From the IMG/VR virus record IMGVR_UViG_3300042343_000347: 64,000 nucleotides of DNA, one strand, 5' to 3'. Source of the stretch: a virus. The position numbers were made by a program, and so were the translations under genes. A model generated the notes under the pieces. That model saw only the letters and a list, made by a program, of their open reading frames with translations. It did no database searches and was not told the DNA's origin. The number at the start of each line of letters is the position of its first letter. The first letter of the stretch is position 1. This document shows positions 49,105 through 58,266 of this stretch, one piece after another.

Positions 49105-52100
49105 TTACGCTCCTGACAACTCACCTGTGTTCAAGACACGAACTGGGATGTAGATGAACTCAGCAGCCTTGACAGGCTCAATTGCTACGTCTACCCACAA
49201 CTCATTGCGATCTATTCTAGCAGGAGTGTTGTTAGATTCATCACAGATTACCAAGTAATCATAGATGCCTCGTTTAGCAACAAGATCAACAAATAGTGAT
49301 TCGATAACACCTGCAATCTGTTGACGAGTCAACTGATCATTTGGTTCGAATACGAATGGTCTTGCGGCTATAGTCAACTGTCGACGGACATAAGCGATCA
49401 AACGTGCTACGTTTGTTCTATCCAACGCACTCTGACTATTGAATGATGTCTTGTTACCATAGTTCAACAATCCGTTGCCAGTGAAGAACACTAATGGGTT
49501 GATGAAGTTGATGTATAACACATCACGGATGCCGATACGTGTCTTGATGACTTGGAACTCACCAGTATCACGATCTAAGTAACCGATATTCAATGCATTA
49601 TCGATGATACCACGACGAGTACCTGCTGCCGCTAACCAAGGATAAGCGACTGTATCGTTACGCAAGAATGTGCGCAACATCATGTGTGATGCTGGAACTG
49701 CCACTTCGTTACCACTCAAGTCTAGTGCGATACCACTTGGGTAGAACAAGCCTAGATAAGTGTTGCGAGTTACACAACCTGTTTCACCTGTGCTTGTAGC
49801 ACCTGCAGCATTAGTTGCCCATGCTTGAATTGCTGTTGCATCATCAGGTAATCCCATTGGAGTGTCACCTAAGATGTATGCTGTTTCACCGCGATCACTA
49901 TTCAATACAACCATGTTAGGCTGTAGTTCTGGATAGTTAGGTGTTGCCATCAAGTTGAAGAAATTATCTTCATCACGTATAGCAGTATTTGTATCTACTA
50001 CTGAACGCATTGCCGCAACAACCATTGCTCTTTGAGCCTTACGACCCATGTACGGTGCACCGTTTGACTGCAAGCCGCTTGCTGACACCCATGTGCTACG
50101 TATAGTTGGGATCGTTTGATCTGGGAAACTCAATGAATTGAAGTAATTGTTTCTCCACTGCTTGACGTTATATCCTGAACGGCGTGTGTTAAACAACAAC
50201 ATACCTACTGGATATAGATTTGCATTTGGAGCATCTAAGTCTATGTTTGAACTTAGCAACAATGACTTGATTGTTGGAATCGGATCATTTGCTGGGTTGA
50301 TTGTATTTTGATTTGATGACCAACGTGCATCAGCAAACAATATACCTGAACCTGAAACTTGATCTGTGTTGTCGATCAATACCCATGTATCAACACCGTC
50401 AACTTGCTGCCAACGCAAGATTACTGGATAATTTTCTAGATCGCTAGTGTCTACCCATATATCACCATATGCTAATGGTGTGCCATCACTCTGTGTAGTT
50501 GGCAAACTTGCGCTTACTATAGGTCCGTTTGGATCTGTAGTATTAGCACCACTTGGTAGTGGGAAGCCATTGCTATTGAAGTTTACTGTACGATATCCTC
50601 TCCAACCTGCTGCTGTATTTACCATGATATCACATTCATCAGCGACACTATAGAACCAGTTAGTTCCGTTTGCAGGAATCTCTGTCGGCGCGCCTTCGTT
50701 TGCTGTGTAGTCAAATTCTACCCAGTTACTCAACATTACGCCATTCTTAGGAGCAGGGCCGTCACTATTAGTTGATATAGCAATCTTGCTGATAGGACCA
50801 GTTGGGCCAGCACCAGTGATAACTGCCACTATTACTTCTAGATCGTTAGTACCAGTAGTACCGCCTAAGTTAGCACCATTGATTGTGATGCTATCACCTA
50901 CTGCGTAACCAGTGCCCGCTGCTGCTAAAGCAGTGACATGATATTGCTGTGTCTTCATATCAGCCGAGTTTAATTTGTCTACAACGAACTGAGCGCCAGT
51001 ACCGCCACCTGAAGTAGTGTTTTGTCCTACTGTGAAAGTTGTATTGATGAAGAAACCTGTCTTGCAGCCTTCTGTAGTTCCTGCCACAAATCCAGCCTGA
51101 CTCATCAAGTTTTGACTTAGACCAGTTGTTGGGCTGATATCATCTACCATGATGCTACCACCAAGTGTATGAGTGATCTGGATAGCACCATCAGTGCCTA
51201 CTGTAGCAGTTGTATACGGAATGACTGCCGCTTGCCATGCTGCTACGAAATCTTCAGCAAATGTGTTATCTGCTAATGAGAATGCATATGGTCCTGTCCA
51301 TCCTGTGCTATTTGGTGTAGTGATATACACATTAGCAGTATATGGGCCTGTACTAAAACTTGGTGCTGTGTCAGTACCTGTAACTACAGTTGGGCCAGTT
51401 GCTAGACGCTTCCATAGATAAACCATACTCTCATCGAACTGAGCATTGAAATCATATTGACCGTATACTGTTCCTGCAGGGATAGCCTGGCCACCTGTTG
51501 AATCTAGCGCCGCTATGGCTGCCGCATCACCTATTGCTAATGATACGCTCTTAGATCTCCAAGCACTTGCTACTGCATCGTACTCTTTGACTGAAGGGAC
51601 TAGACCATTTCCTGATGCTCCTACCTTCAACCATACTGAACCAGTTGGACGAGGTGTTTGTTGTCCAGCACCCCATAATGGCATACCTGCTGATGTAGCA
51701 TAATATACTATAGGCGGGTAATAGATAGATGGTGTGATGCCCATATCAGCCAATACAGTACCGGTGATAGCAGTTAGATTGATACCTGCTGAATTACCGC
51801 AGAAAATTTGTAATCGACCTGAACTATTAACAGAAGCAGTTATACCCTGCCATCCTAAGTTATTGATCTCGGTCGCGACTCCTTGAACTGTGTTATTACC
51901 TAGTCCAGGTACTATGATCTCAGCATTTGCTAACTCTATCGGATAGTCTCCTGCTAGTGTTACGCTGAATTTGTCACCTGCGTTCAATGTTGGATTGCTC
52001 TGTGTACCGACTACTGCAGGTACGCTTTCTTGCCATTCAATAGAACCTACTGCTACCCAAGTATTGTTAGGATTCTTGTAGAAATACTCTCTTGCAGTTG

Positions 52101-52695
52101 GGCTTGCTGGGCTTGCTGTATTTTGTATTGCAATAACAGCATAGTCGCCAACGCTTCCTAGATAACCTGCTGGCTTGCCAGCAACTAAATTATCTGAATC
52201 AGTTATTACTAATGGAAGTTTGTTAGAGAATAAACTAGTTGAAGCACTCCATTCAAAGATGCCCCAAGTAGTTGATGTAGTATCTAGCCAGAAAGCGCCA
52301 TTCTCTGGTTCGCCAGTTGGGCGACCTGTCTGACCTACTAGACTTGCTAAATCAATGTCTGCTCTTAATACGTAGCAACGATTAGTCACACCCAATGATG
52401 AGTATGCCGCTAGCAAACCGTATTCGTTCAATTCATAACCTTGAATTGGAGTGCCATCAGCAGTCTCATAGAAGAACGGTGTACCATATAGTGACACAAG
52501 ATCACGTTGACTTGTGACTTGGAACAACTTACCAGCATTTGCAGCAGTTGTTGCCTGTGCAATACCAGTACCGTTCGGGTTTGCTTTGTCTTGTGCTGTC
52601 GCTACAACTACAAGAGGAACTGAATTTGTTGGGGCAGGAAGATATTGACTTTGGTCAATGATTGTAACTTCTACGCCAGGTGATGTAAGTGCCAT
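49105..52695 (-). CDS. contractile tail sheath protein (gp18-like) with large insertions
   Basis: MALTSPGVEV N-terminus; PWLAAAGTRRG, INP, LDRTNVARL, FEPND, IDRNEL, KAAEFIYIP; start refined from 52734. Confidence 0.95.
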   Translation of the reverse strand: MALTSPGVEVTIIDQSQYLPAPTNSVPLVVVATAQDKANPNGTGIAQATTAANAGKLFQVTSQRDLVSLYGTPFFYETADGTPIQGYELNEYGLLAAYSSLGVTNRCYVLRADIDLASLVGQTGRPTGEPENGAFWLDTTSTTWGIFEWSASTSLFSNKLPLVITDSDNLVAGKPAGYLGSVGDYAVIAIQNTASPASPTAREYFYKNPNNTWVAVGSIEWQESVPAVVGTQSNPTLNAGDKFSVTLAGDYPIELANAEIIVPGLGNNTVQGVATEINNLGWQGITASVNSSGRLQIFCGNSAGINLTAITGTVLADMGITPSIYYPPIVYYATSAGMPLWGAGQQTPRPTGSVWLKVGASGNGLVPSVKEYDAVASAWRSKSVSLAIGDAAAIAALDSTGGQAIPAGTVYGQYDFNAQFDESMVYLWKRLATGPTVVTGTDTAPSFSTGPYTANVYITTPNSTGWTGPYAFSLADNTFAEDFVAAWQAAVIPYTTATVGTDGAIQITHTLGGSIMVDDISPTTGLSQNLMSQAGFVAGTTEGCKTGFFINTTFTVGQNTTSGGGTGAQFVVDKLNSADMKTQQYHVTALAAAGTGYAVGDSITINGANLGGTTGTNDLEVIVAVITGAGPTGPISKIAISTNSDGPAPKNGVMLSNWVEFDYTANEGAPTEIPANGTNWFYSVADECDIMVNTAAGWRGYRTVNFNSNGFPLPSGANTTDPNGPIVSASLPTTQSDGTPLAYGDIWVDTSDLENYPVILRWQQVDGVDTWVLIDNTDQVSGSGILFADARWSSNQNTINPANDPIPTIKSLLLSSNIDLDAPNANLYPVGMLLFNTRRSGYNVKQWRNNYFNSLSFPDQTIPTIRSTWVSASGLQSNGAPYMGRKAQRAMVVAAMRSVVDTNTAIRDEDNFFNLMATPNYPELQPNMVVLNSDRGETAYILGDTPMGLPDDATAIQAWATNAAGATSTGETGCVTRNTYLGLFYPSGIALDLSGNEVAVPASHMMLRTFLRNDTVAYPWLAAAGTRRGIIDNALNIGYLDRDTGEFQVIKTRIGIRDVLYINFINPLVFFTGNGLLNYGNKTSFNSQSALDRTNVARLIAYVRRQLTIAARPFVFEPNDQLTRQQIAGVIESLFVDLVAKRGIYDYLVICDESNNTPARIDRNELWVDVAIEPVKAAEFIYIPVRVLNTGELSGA

Positions 52696-52819
52696 TTTAT
52701 TGTTTCCTATAATGTTATATTTTGAGGGTAACAACCCTAATACGCTTACTATTATTTAGTATAGATATCAAAAAAGTGAGGACAATGAGACCTTCGAAGG
52801 TTATTTAATAAATACATGC

Positions 52820-53173
52820 ATGGGACTCATTAGGCCGATATGCAAGCAATGTAACAAGAACCCTAGGGCGATTAATTATATCCGCGACGGGGTGAAGCAT
52901 TACCGCAGTATATGTGATGAATGCGGCAAAAAGAAAAATAAAGTTAAAGCAAGACCTACTAATTGGGTACGAGCAGGATACAAGAAGAAAGCGATATGTG
53001 ACATATGCGGCTTTCAAAGCATATATCCCGCACAGATGACGGTGTTTCACATAGACGGAGACCTCAGAAATACCATATTCAGTAATCTAAGGTCTATATG
53101 TCTTAACTGCGTAGAGGTAGTAAAACGTCAACGAGTCACTTGGAAGAGGGGTGACTTACAAGTTGATTATTAG
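52820..53173 (+). CDS. zinc-ribbon/HNH-like protein
   Basis: Four CxxC pairs; FHIDGDLRN..NLRSICLNC; late promoter 5 nt upstream. Confidence 0.65.
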   Translation: MGLIRPICKQCNKNPRAINYIRDGVKHYRSICDECGKKKNKVKARPTNWVRAGYKKKAICDICGFQSIYPAQMTVFHIDGDLRNTIFSNLRSICLNCVEVVKRQRVTWKRGDLQVDY

Positions 53174-53788
53174 ATCGACTTTCCTATGTAGATCATCGAT
53201 TGTTCCGTTATTATCGATATAACAGTCATACTCTAAGCCCACACTACTATATTCGCTAGCATGAACATTGTGCTTTTCTAATATCTCTACAGCAGACTTA
53301 TACCCGGGACTATAAAACCCTTTGCTGAATGTCACGGCAGCATCATACCATGGGGGATTTTGTCCCCTAAATACACGTATAGTAGTACCACCTGCACGTT
53401 TGATAGCCTTAAGTTCATTGGGGAATCTGCAATCACTGATTACTACATTATTACGTATACCGCGCAACTTGTTTTCTATGCTAGCGATCCAGATATCGTC
53501 ATGGAAAGCCCTACGACCCACTTCAGTTCCCCATTGTTGAAGTACCCAGCGAGGTGTCAAATGCTTGATATCTAGTCTTTCTGACCACCAAGGATCTACT
53601 TGATCTCTCCATTCTCTACTATATCGTGTGCTACCTTCTAGCAATTCACGATCCCAACCAAAAATACTTGCTACTGCATCCTTGAGGGGTCCAGCATAAC
53701 TCATTCGCTGAAAGCCCTTAAATCGAATCAAATAATCTGCTACTGTGTCTTTGCCGCTACCTATAAACCCAGCGATTCCTACAATCAT
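53156..53788 (-). CDS. deoxynucleoside monophosphate kinase (T4 gp1-like)
   Basis: GFIGSGKDT, TPRWVLQQWGTE, ISDCRFPNE, HASE. Confidence 0.92.
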   Translation of the reverse strand: MIVGIAGFIGSGKDTVADYLIRFKGFQRMSYAGPLKDAVASIFGWDRELLEGSTRYSREWRDQVDPWWSERLDIKHLTPRWVLQQWGTEVGRRAFHDDIWIASIENKLRGIRNNVVISDCRFPNELKAIKRAGGTTIRVFRGQNPPWYDAAVTFSKGFYSPGYKSAVEILEKHNVHASEYSSVGLEYDCYIDNNGTIDDLHRKVDLIINL

Positions 53789-53815
53789 GTTAGGCCCTTT
53801 ATATTGAATGTATAT

Positions 53816-53844
53816 ATTGTATTATACTATGTAGGACTTGTCAA
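53816..53844 (-). promoter_or_regulatory. sigma70-type promoter
   Basis: TTGACA-N17-TACAAT. Confidence 0.7.
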
Positions 53845-54989
53845 TGTGTTTCGTTACCTATATCGAAAAATTTTACTAATTTATCATGCAGAGAATCATA
53901 AGGTCTGTCCCAAAATACTTTACGATTGTGTTCCAATATCTCTTTGTCTTTGACGTACAGTTCATGCAAACTTTCAATGGGCAATTCTAATAGTTCTTTA
54001 GCAGTTTCTAAAAATGCTTCGAATCTTTGCTCATTATCTTCTATGTAATCATATGTATAATCGATCCAATCAGGAAATAGAAATCCATATGATTTGATAT
54101 GATCTATCATGCCCTGATAGCCGAACGGTAATATAAAGTGCCCCTTGATCAATGGGTCCCAGGTCTTTTCTGTTATAGATTTATAAGGGCTGTCTTTATG
54201 TATATTACCAGTCAATGTTTCACAATACAGACTAAAATATGTATTTTCATAATATCGATTGGCTACTGGATGCCATCCTCCTTCAGCCAAGAACTTATTA
54301 GTAAAAGAATTTTCTGCTTCTAGTATATTACCTTTCACAGGATCACTAACATAACCTTGATCAGCATACGGCTCTAAAAAATATGCTAAGTCTTTCCTGT
54401 ATTCTAAACGCAGATGTTGAAAATCATATATGCGATTAGGACACAAAAACTTTTTCATAGAACCGTGTTTTTCTATAGGTCTTAATGCAAAACTTTTTGC
54501 GTCTGTGCCATGAGTATAGAGCCTATCTTTTAAATCGATCTTATCATACTCTGTGAAATATATCTTTTGCCTATTCCATAAAAAATCATAATATAATTCT
54601 CTATGCTGTGCAAAGTTAGGATGCACTATCACTATATCATTGGGTATTTCTTGTTCTAATAATTTTCTGATGTAAAGATAATAAGTCGTATCGGCAAATA
54701 CATTGTCAATATGAAAAATATGAAGGAACAATAATTTTTGTTCTGGTCTTAGATTAAGACTTTTGATCTCTATTACTTTTTGTATTAGATTTATTTCAGG
54801 AAACAAATCATGCCCTTGTAATGCAATGATATCTGCCTGTTTGATGTCAGTGACATATTCCCAATCTTGAAATTCTATGTCAAAAGGTAGAAAGTTTTTA
54901 TGGTAGTCTTTCAAGAAGACATCTCCTATATGTCTTCCTGGATTGAATATCTTTAACATGCCTAAATCGTGTATTAGCCTTGTATCCAA
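53841..54989 (-). CDS. hypothetical protein, glycosyltransferase-like (TEKT family)
   Basis: YFSLYCET..ITEKTWDPLIKGHF..GFLF..DYTYD; paralogue of 15078..16472. Confidence 0.5.
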   Translation of the reverse strand: MDTRLIHDLGMLKIFNPGRHIGDVFLKDYHKNFLPFDIEFQDWEYVTDIKQADIIALQGHDLFPEINLIQKVIEIKSLNLRPEQKLLFLHIFHIDNVFADTTYYLYIRKLLEQEIPNDIVIVHPNFAQHRELYYDFLWNRQKIYFTEYDKIDLKDRLYTHGTDAKSFALRPIEKHGSMKKFLCPNRIYDFQHLRLEYRKDLAYFLEPYADQGYVSDPVKGNILEAENSFTNKFLAEGGWHPVANRYYENTYFSLYCETLTGNIHKDSPYKSITEKTWDPLIKGHFILPFGYQGMIDHIKSYGFLFPDWIDYTYDYIEDNEQRFEAFLETAKELLELPIESLHELYVKDKEILEHNRKVFWDRPYDSLHDKLVKFFDIGNETH

Positions 54990-55759
54990 GTCAATGGCTG
55001 GCTGTAATCTTGATAACGCTTCAAGTCTTCAAGCAAACGTTCCATATCGGCTTTGCCTTCACTCTTCATAGCAGTACCGTTCAAACTCGTACCACCACCC
55101 GGGCCTGCAATGGTACCAAATTTCTCACGGGCTTCACCGATGATAATCTTGAGTTGTGCTAAGATAAAATCAGCGAGCCATATGCCAGCACCTGGATCTT
55201 GCAATATCTCAGTCTCAGGACGTGTGATATCTGCCCAGATCAATACACGCTCACCTGTTCCCTTGAAGTCACGCACAGTACGCAATACTTTAGTGACAGG
55301 ATTGAATGTATATGTGACATATCCACCGAACATACGTGCTGCCAATTCTACATATCCAGCATAGAAATCATATGTTGCCATGCCGCCTGTATAGTTATAA
55401 TTCAACAGATAAGTGTTGAGGATAGCACTACTAAATGGGTCAAAACTTGTGCTTGAAGGACCAGTCTCAAGACCAACAGTTCTACGGAAAATAGCACGAA
55501 CGTTGATGAATTCGCTAGGAAGCGTATATGTGTCAATGTTCTTTATGATAGTCATCAAAGTGTAACTCTCCTGAGTAGCGTTTTGCGCTCTCTGACGATA
55601 CACTTTGATAGCATAATCATATGCTGCCTCATAATGCTGAGGATCTAATTCAAGATCGATGATGTCACCACCTAAGCGTAACCTTAGGTTGTCGAACATC
55701 GCGTCTTTTAGTTGCTGTAAGTTAGCATTAGTTGGTGTTGATAGTGGATCCGCAGCCAT
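54974..55759 (-). CDS. neck protein (T4 gp13-like)
   Basis: LRLGGDIIDLEL..GEAREKFGTIAGPGGGTSLNG. Confidence 0.88.
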   Translation of the reverse strand: MAADPLSTPTNANLQQLKDAMFDNLRLRLGGDIIDLELDPQHYEAAYDYAIKVYRQRAQNATQESYTLMTIIKNIDTYTLPSEFINVRAIFRRTVGLETGPSSTSFDPFSSAILNTYLLNYNYTGGMATYDFYAGYVELAARMFGGYVTYTFNPVTKVLRTVRDFKGTGERVLIWADITRPETEILQDPGAGIWLADFILAQLKIIIGEAREKFGTIAGPGGGTSLNGTAMKSEGKADMERLLEDLKRYQDYSQPLTWIQG

Positions 55760-55763
55760 GTTA

Positions 55764-55795
55764 TATTCCGATTAATATGTGTATTTATCGGAATA
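55764..55795 (-). promoter_or_regulatory. late promoter embedded in an RBS-occluding hairpin
   Basis: TATTCCGAT-(AAATACACATATTA)-ATCGGAATA perfect 9-bp inverted repeat, 4 nt before the ATG. Confidence 0.6.
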
Positions 55796-55799
55796 CCTA

Positions 55800-56399
55800 T
55801 CATTCGAAAAGACTATTGAACACCGGGGCGGTCCCTGCCATTTGTATAAATCTCTTCATCCCGCAATCTGTGATCCTAAAAGCATAACTATTTCCGTCTT
55901 TATATTCTAAAAACGCAGGGCTATTTTTACTGCTTTTGATACTACAGGATTCAAGTATAGTTCCAGTCTGGAAGTAATGATCGTGCAAAATCGATCTAGC
56001 ATCTTCATATGCTTTACGCAACTCATTCTGTAGATCAGGGTCGTCATGAAAATGCACGACTGCGGCTTTACCCACTTTGCCGGTTTCTACATCAATAATC
56101 ACTCTATACTGGCTTTGTAATTTCTGTTTGAACGAGGTTTTATCCCAAGAATTAGCCAATATATTAGTATGTGTCATAGTGCCCACTGTGTGCGCGGCGC
56201 TACTAGAACTTTTTCTAGTTTTGATTTCTAATAATAGGTCAGGCATATCAATGACACTATCCGATCTAACATTAAAACCTTGACGGCGTAATTCATTTTC
56301 GATCTCTCTTCCCATGCTACCATCATTACAATGTTTAGCATTGGGAAAATATAAATGATCAAAATTTACTTTTAACAATTTAGCTCGGATAGCACTCAT
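55800..56399 (-). CDS. PD-(D/E)xK endonuclease-like protein
   Basis: GSMGREIE..IDMP..LEIKT pattern. Confidence 0.5.
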   Translation of the reverse strand: MSAIRAKLLKVNFDHLYFPNAKHCNDGSMGREIENELRRQGFNVRSDSVIDMPDLLLEIKTRKSSSSAAHTVGTMTHTNILANSWDKTSFKQKLQSQYRVIIDVETGKVGKAAVVHFHDDPDLQNELRKAYEDARSILHDHYFQTGTILESCSIKSSKNSPAFLEYKDGNSYAFRITDCGMKRFIQMAGTAPVFNSLFE

Positions 56400-56845
56400 A
56401 AATCACCTTCTTTGCGGTTCTCGCTGTGGAATACGTCAAAGTGTCCGCCCGGGTATCGGGCCTGCAACTTCTTGACATTTTCGGCTACTACATCATTAGG
56501 ATCAAGATTCAATGCACGACAAGCATTGACCCAATACCACATGATGTCACCTAGTTCACGCTTCATGTGAAACAATGTCTCATTGTTAAGCGGCTTACCC
56601 TGAAACGTGATCTTCTTTACGATCTCTTGAAACTCGCCAGTCTCACTACCTAGACCGATAGCACCACAAAGCAACAATGGAACGTTGATATCCGGTCCAT
56701 GCATGTATTCGCCGTTGGGTCCATATGCTTCATAGTTCCCATCAAGCCTATCTAACTGATTCATGAACGTGGTAAGATCATGACTCTCTTTGCTAGTTAC
56801 AGCCTCTACGAATTCCATATATTTGTTTAAATCGACATTATTCAT
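56396..56845 (-). CDS. MazG-like NTP pyrophosphohydrolase
   Basis: GLGSETGEFQEIVKK..RELGDIMWY..NVKKLQARYP. Confidence 0.9.
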   Translation of the reverse strand: MNNVDLNKYMEFVEAVTSKESHDLTTFMNQLDRLDGNYEAYGPNGEYMHGPDINVPLLLCGAIGLGSETGEFQEIVKKITFQGKPLNNETLFHMKRELGDIMWYWVNACRALNLDPNDVVAENVKKLQARYPGGHFDVFHSENRKEGDL

Positions 56846-57036
56846 ACTAACTCCTTGAACATTTTTTTTCTACCATCTTCGCCTAGTACTTGATCAAAAA
56901 TCTCTCTAGTTCTTTGCATCATAGCACACGCTAACATCAACTGATCATGTGGATTTTCTGCTGAAAAAATAGCAGTATCAATGATAGTCATCAATGCTTC
57001 CATTCTTTTTTCTATTGGATCGAATGAATCAGTCAT
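56842..57036 (-). CDS. hypothetical protein
   Basis: 64 aa, coupled to neighbours. Confidence 0.6.
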   Translation of the reverse strand: MTDSFDPIEKRMEALMTIIDTAIFSAENPHDQLMLACAMMQRTREIFDQVLGEDGRKKMFKELV

Positions 57037-57037
57037 A

Positions 57038-58165
57038 TTAAAATGCCTTCAAAATAATCATATCAGCATTAAAGCGACCATTGGGTGTAATACTTACAGC
57101 CTTGATATCTTTAAAATACTTACGTGCCGCTGGCTTGCTACCCATGATCTCTTTGATCTGAGTTTCAGGCTTACGCAACGTCTTAATTTCGCTCTGCTTG
57201 GTACAGAAGCCAAGAACGCTATTGCCTTTAACCGTAAGACTCTTTGCGTAATCATCAGCAACATAGTGATGCAGTTTACGCTTCTTGGTGTCATAGACCC
57301 AAGCCTCAGCACAACCATGCAACTTAGTAGGTGGTACGCTTACCAATTCAAGTTTATCAAGTTTGAACGTCTTGAGATACTTGAGGCTACGAACGATCTT
57401 CTCGACTGAGACGGGCTTCTTAGCACGTGGCTTGCGACCAGTCTTCTTAATATTGATATAACTATTGAGTTCGCCAATCACTGATTCAATCGTACCAATG
57501 ATGTTACGAATCTGAATCTTACCGAATCGTGCATAGGCTTCGTTCAACTGTTCATCTTTGCCTGCCTGCAATTCAGTATACTCATTCAACTTCTTAGTCC
57601 AAGCATCAATCAAGATATGAATGTGCTGTGGAAGAATATTGTACTGAGACAACACGCTTATGGTATTGATATTATTTTCTTTCTTACATCCATCTTGAAT
57701 GTATTCATCCCAGAGGCCTTCAAGTTCTCCACCTGCTTCATGCGTTTTCTCACGCATGATTTCTTGTACATTGGGACGATTAGTAACCGGCTTCTCAGCA
57801 GTCTGCGCAACCTCAATAGTACGGATCATACGTTCGATCTCATCATCAAGCCGCTGTGTGTGTTCTTCAGATTCATAACCGCGCATAAAACACCTAGCAA
57901 GATAACCATTGCTAGTGACAACTTTATTGTCTGGAACACGGCGAATCAGTTTTGCTTTTTCGGACTTGCCCTTGAATTCAAGATATTGGGCAATAAATTC
58001 TCGGGCATCTTTCTTATCGTAAAAATGCCCATACCAAGTTAGTGCATTACCTAGACTCCACTTAGTAGATTCATCTTGTTTAAAAAAGGGTTCGGGACCG
58101 AAATACTTCGTATCAGCATCCCTAGGGTGCAGTTCTTTAATTTCATGCGTTTTGGTGCGAGCCAT
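57038..58165 (-). CDS. hypothetical protein (T4-like early gene)
   Basis: 375 aa; WVYDTKKRKL..KTLRKP..NGRFN; own sigma70 promoter and GGAG SD. Confidence 0.7.
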   Translation of the reverse strand: MARTKTHEIKELHPRDADTKYFGPEPFFKQDESTKWSLGNALTWYGHFYDKKDAREFIAQYLEFKGKSEKAKLIRRVPDNKVVTSNGYLARCFMRGYESEEHTQRLDDEIERMIRTIEVAQTAEKPVTNRPNVQEIMREKTHEAGGELEGLWDEYIQDGCKKENNINTISVLSQYNILPQHIHILIDAWTKKLNEYTELQAGKDEQLNEAYARFGKIQIRNIIGTIESVIGELNSYINIKKTGRKPRAKKPVSVEKIVRSLKYLKTFKLDKLELVSVPPTKLHGCAEAWVYDTKKRKLHHYVADDYAKSLTVKGNSVLGFCTKQSEIKTLRKPETQIKEIMGSKPAARKYFKDIKAVSITPNGRFNADMIILKAF

Positions 58166-58198
58166 ATATGCTACTCCAGTTTATTAACACTAGCATCT

Positions 58199-58227
58199 AG
58201 TTTACTACCTTTAAATACCATTGTCAA
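58199..58227 (-). promoter_or_regulatory. sigma70-type promoter
   Basis: TTGACA-N17-TAAACT. Confidence 0.7.
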
Positions 58228-58266
58228 GTCCTATTTAAGCCATTGAATACTAGACTAAATACATGT

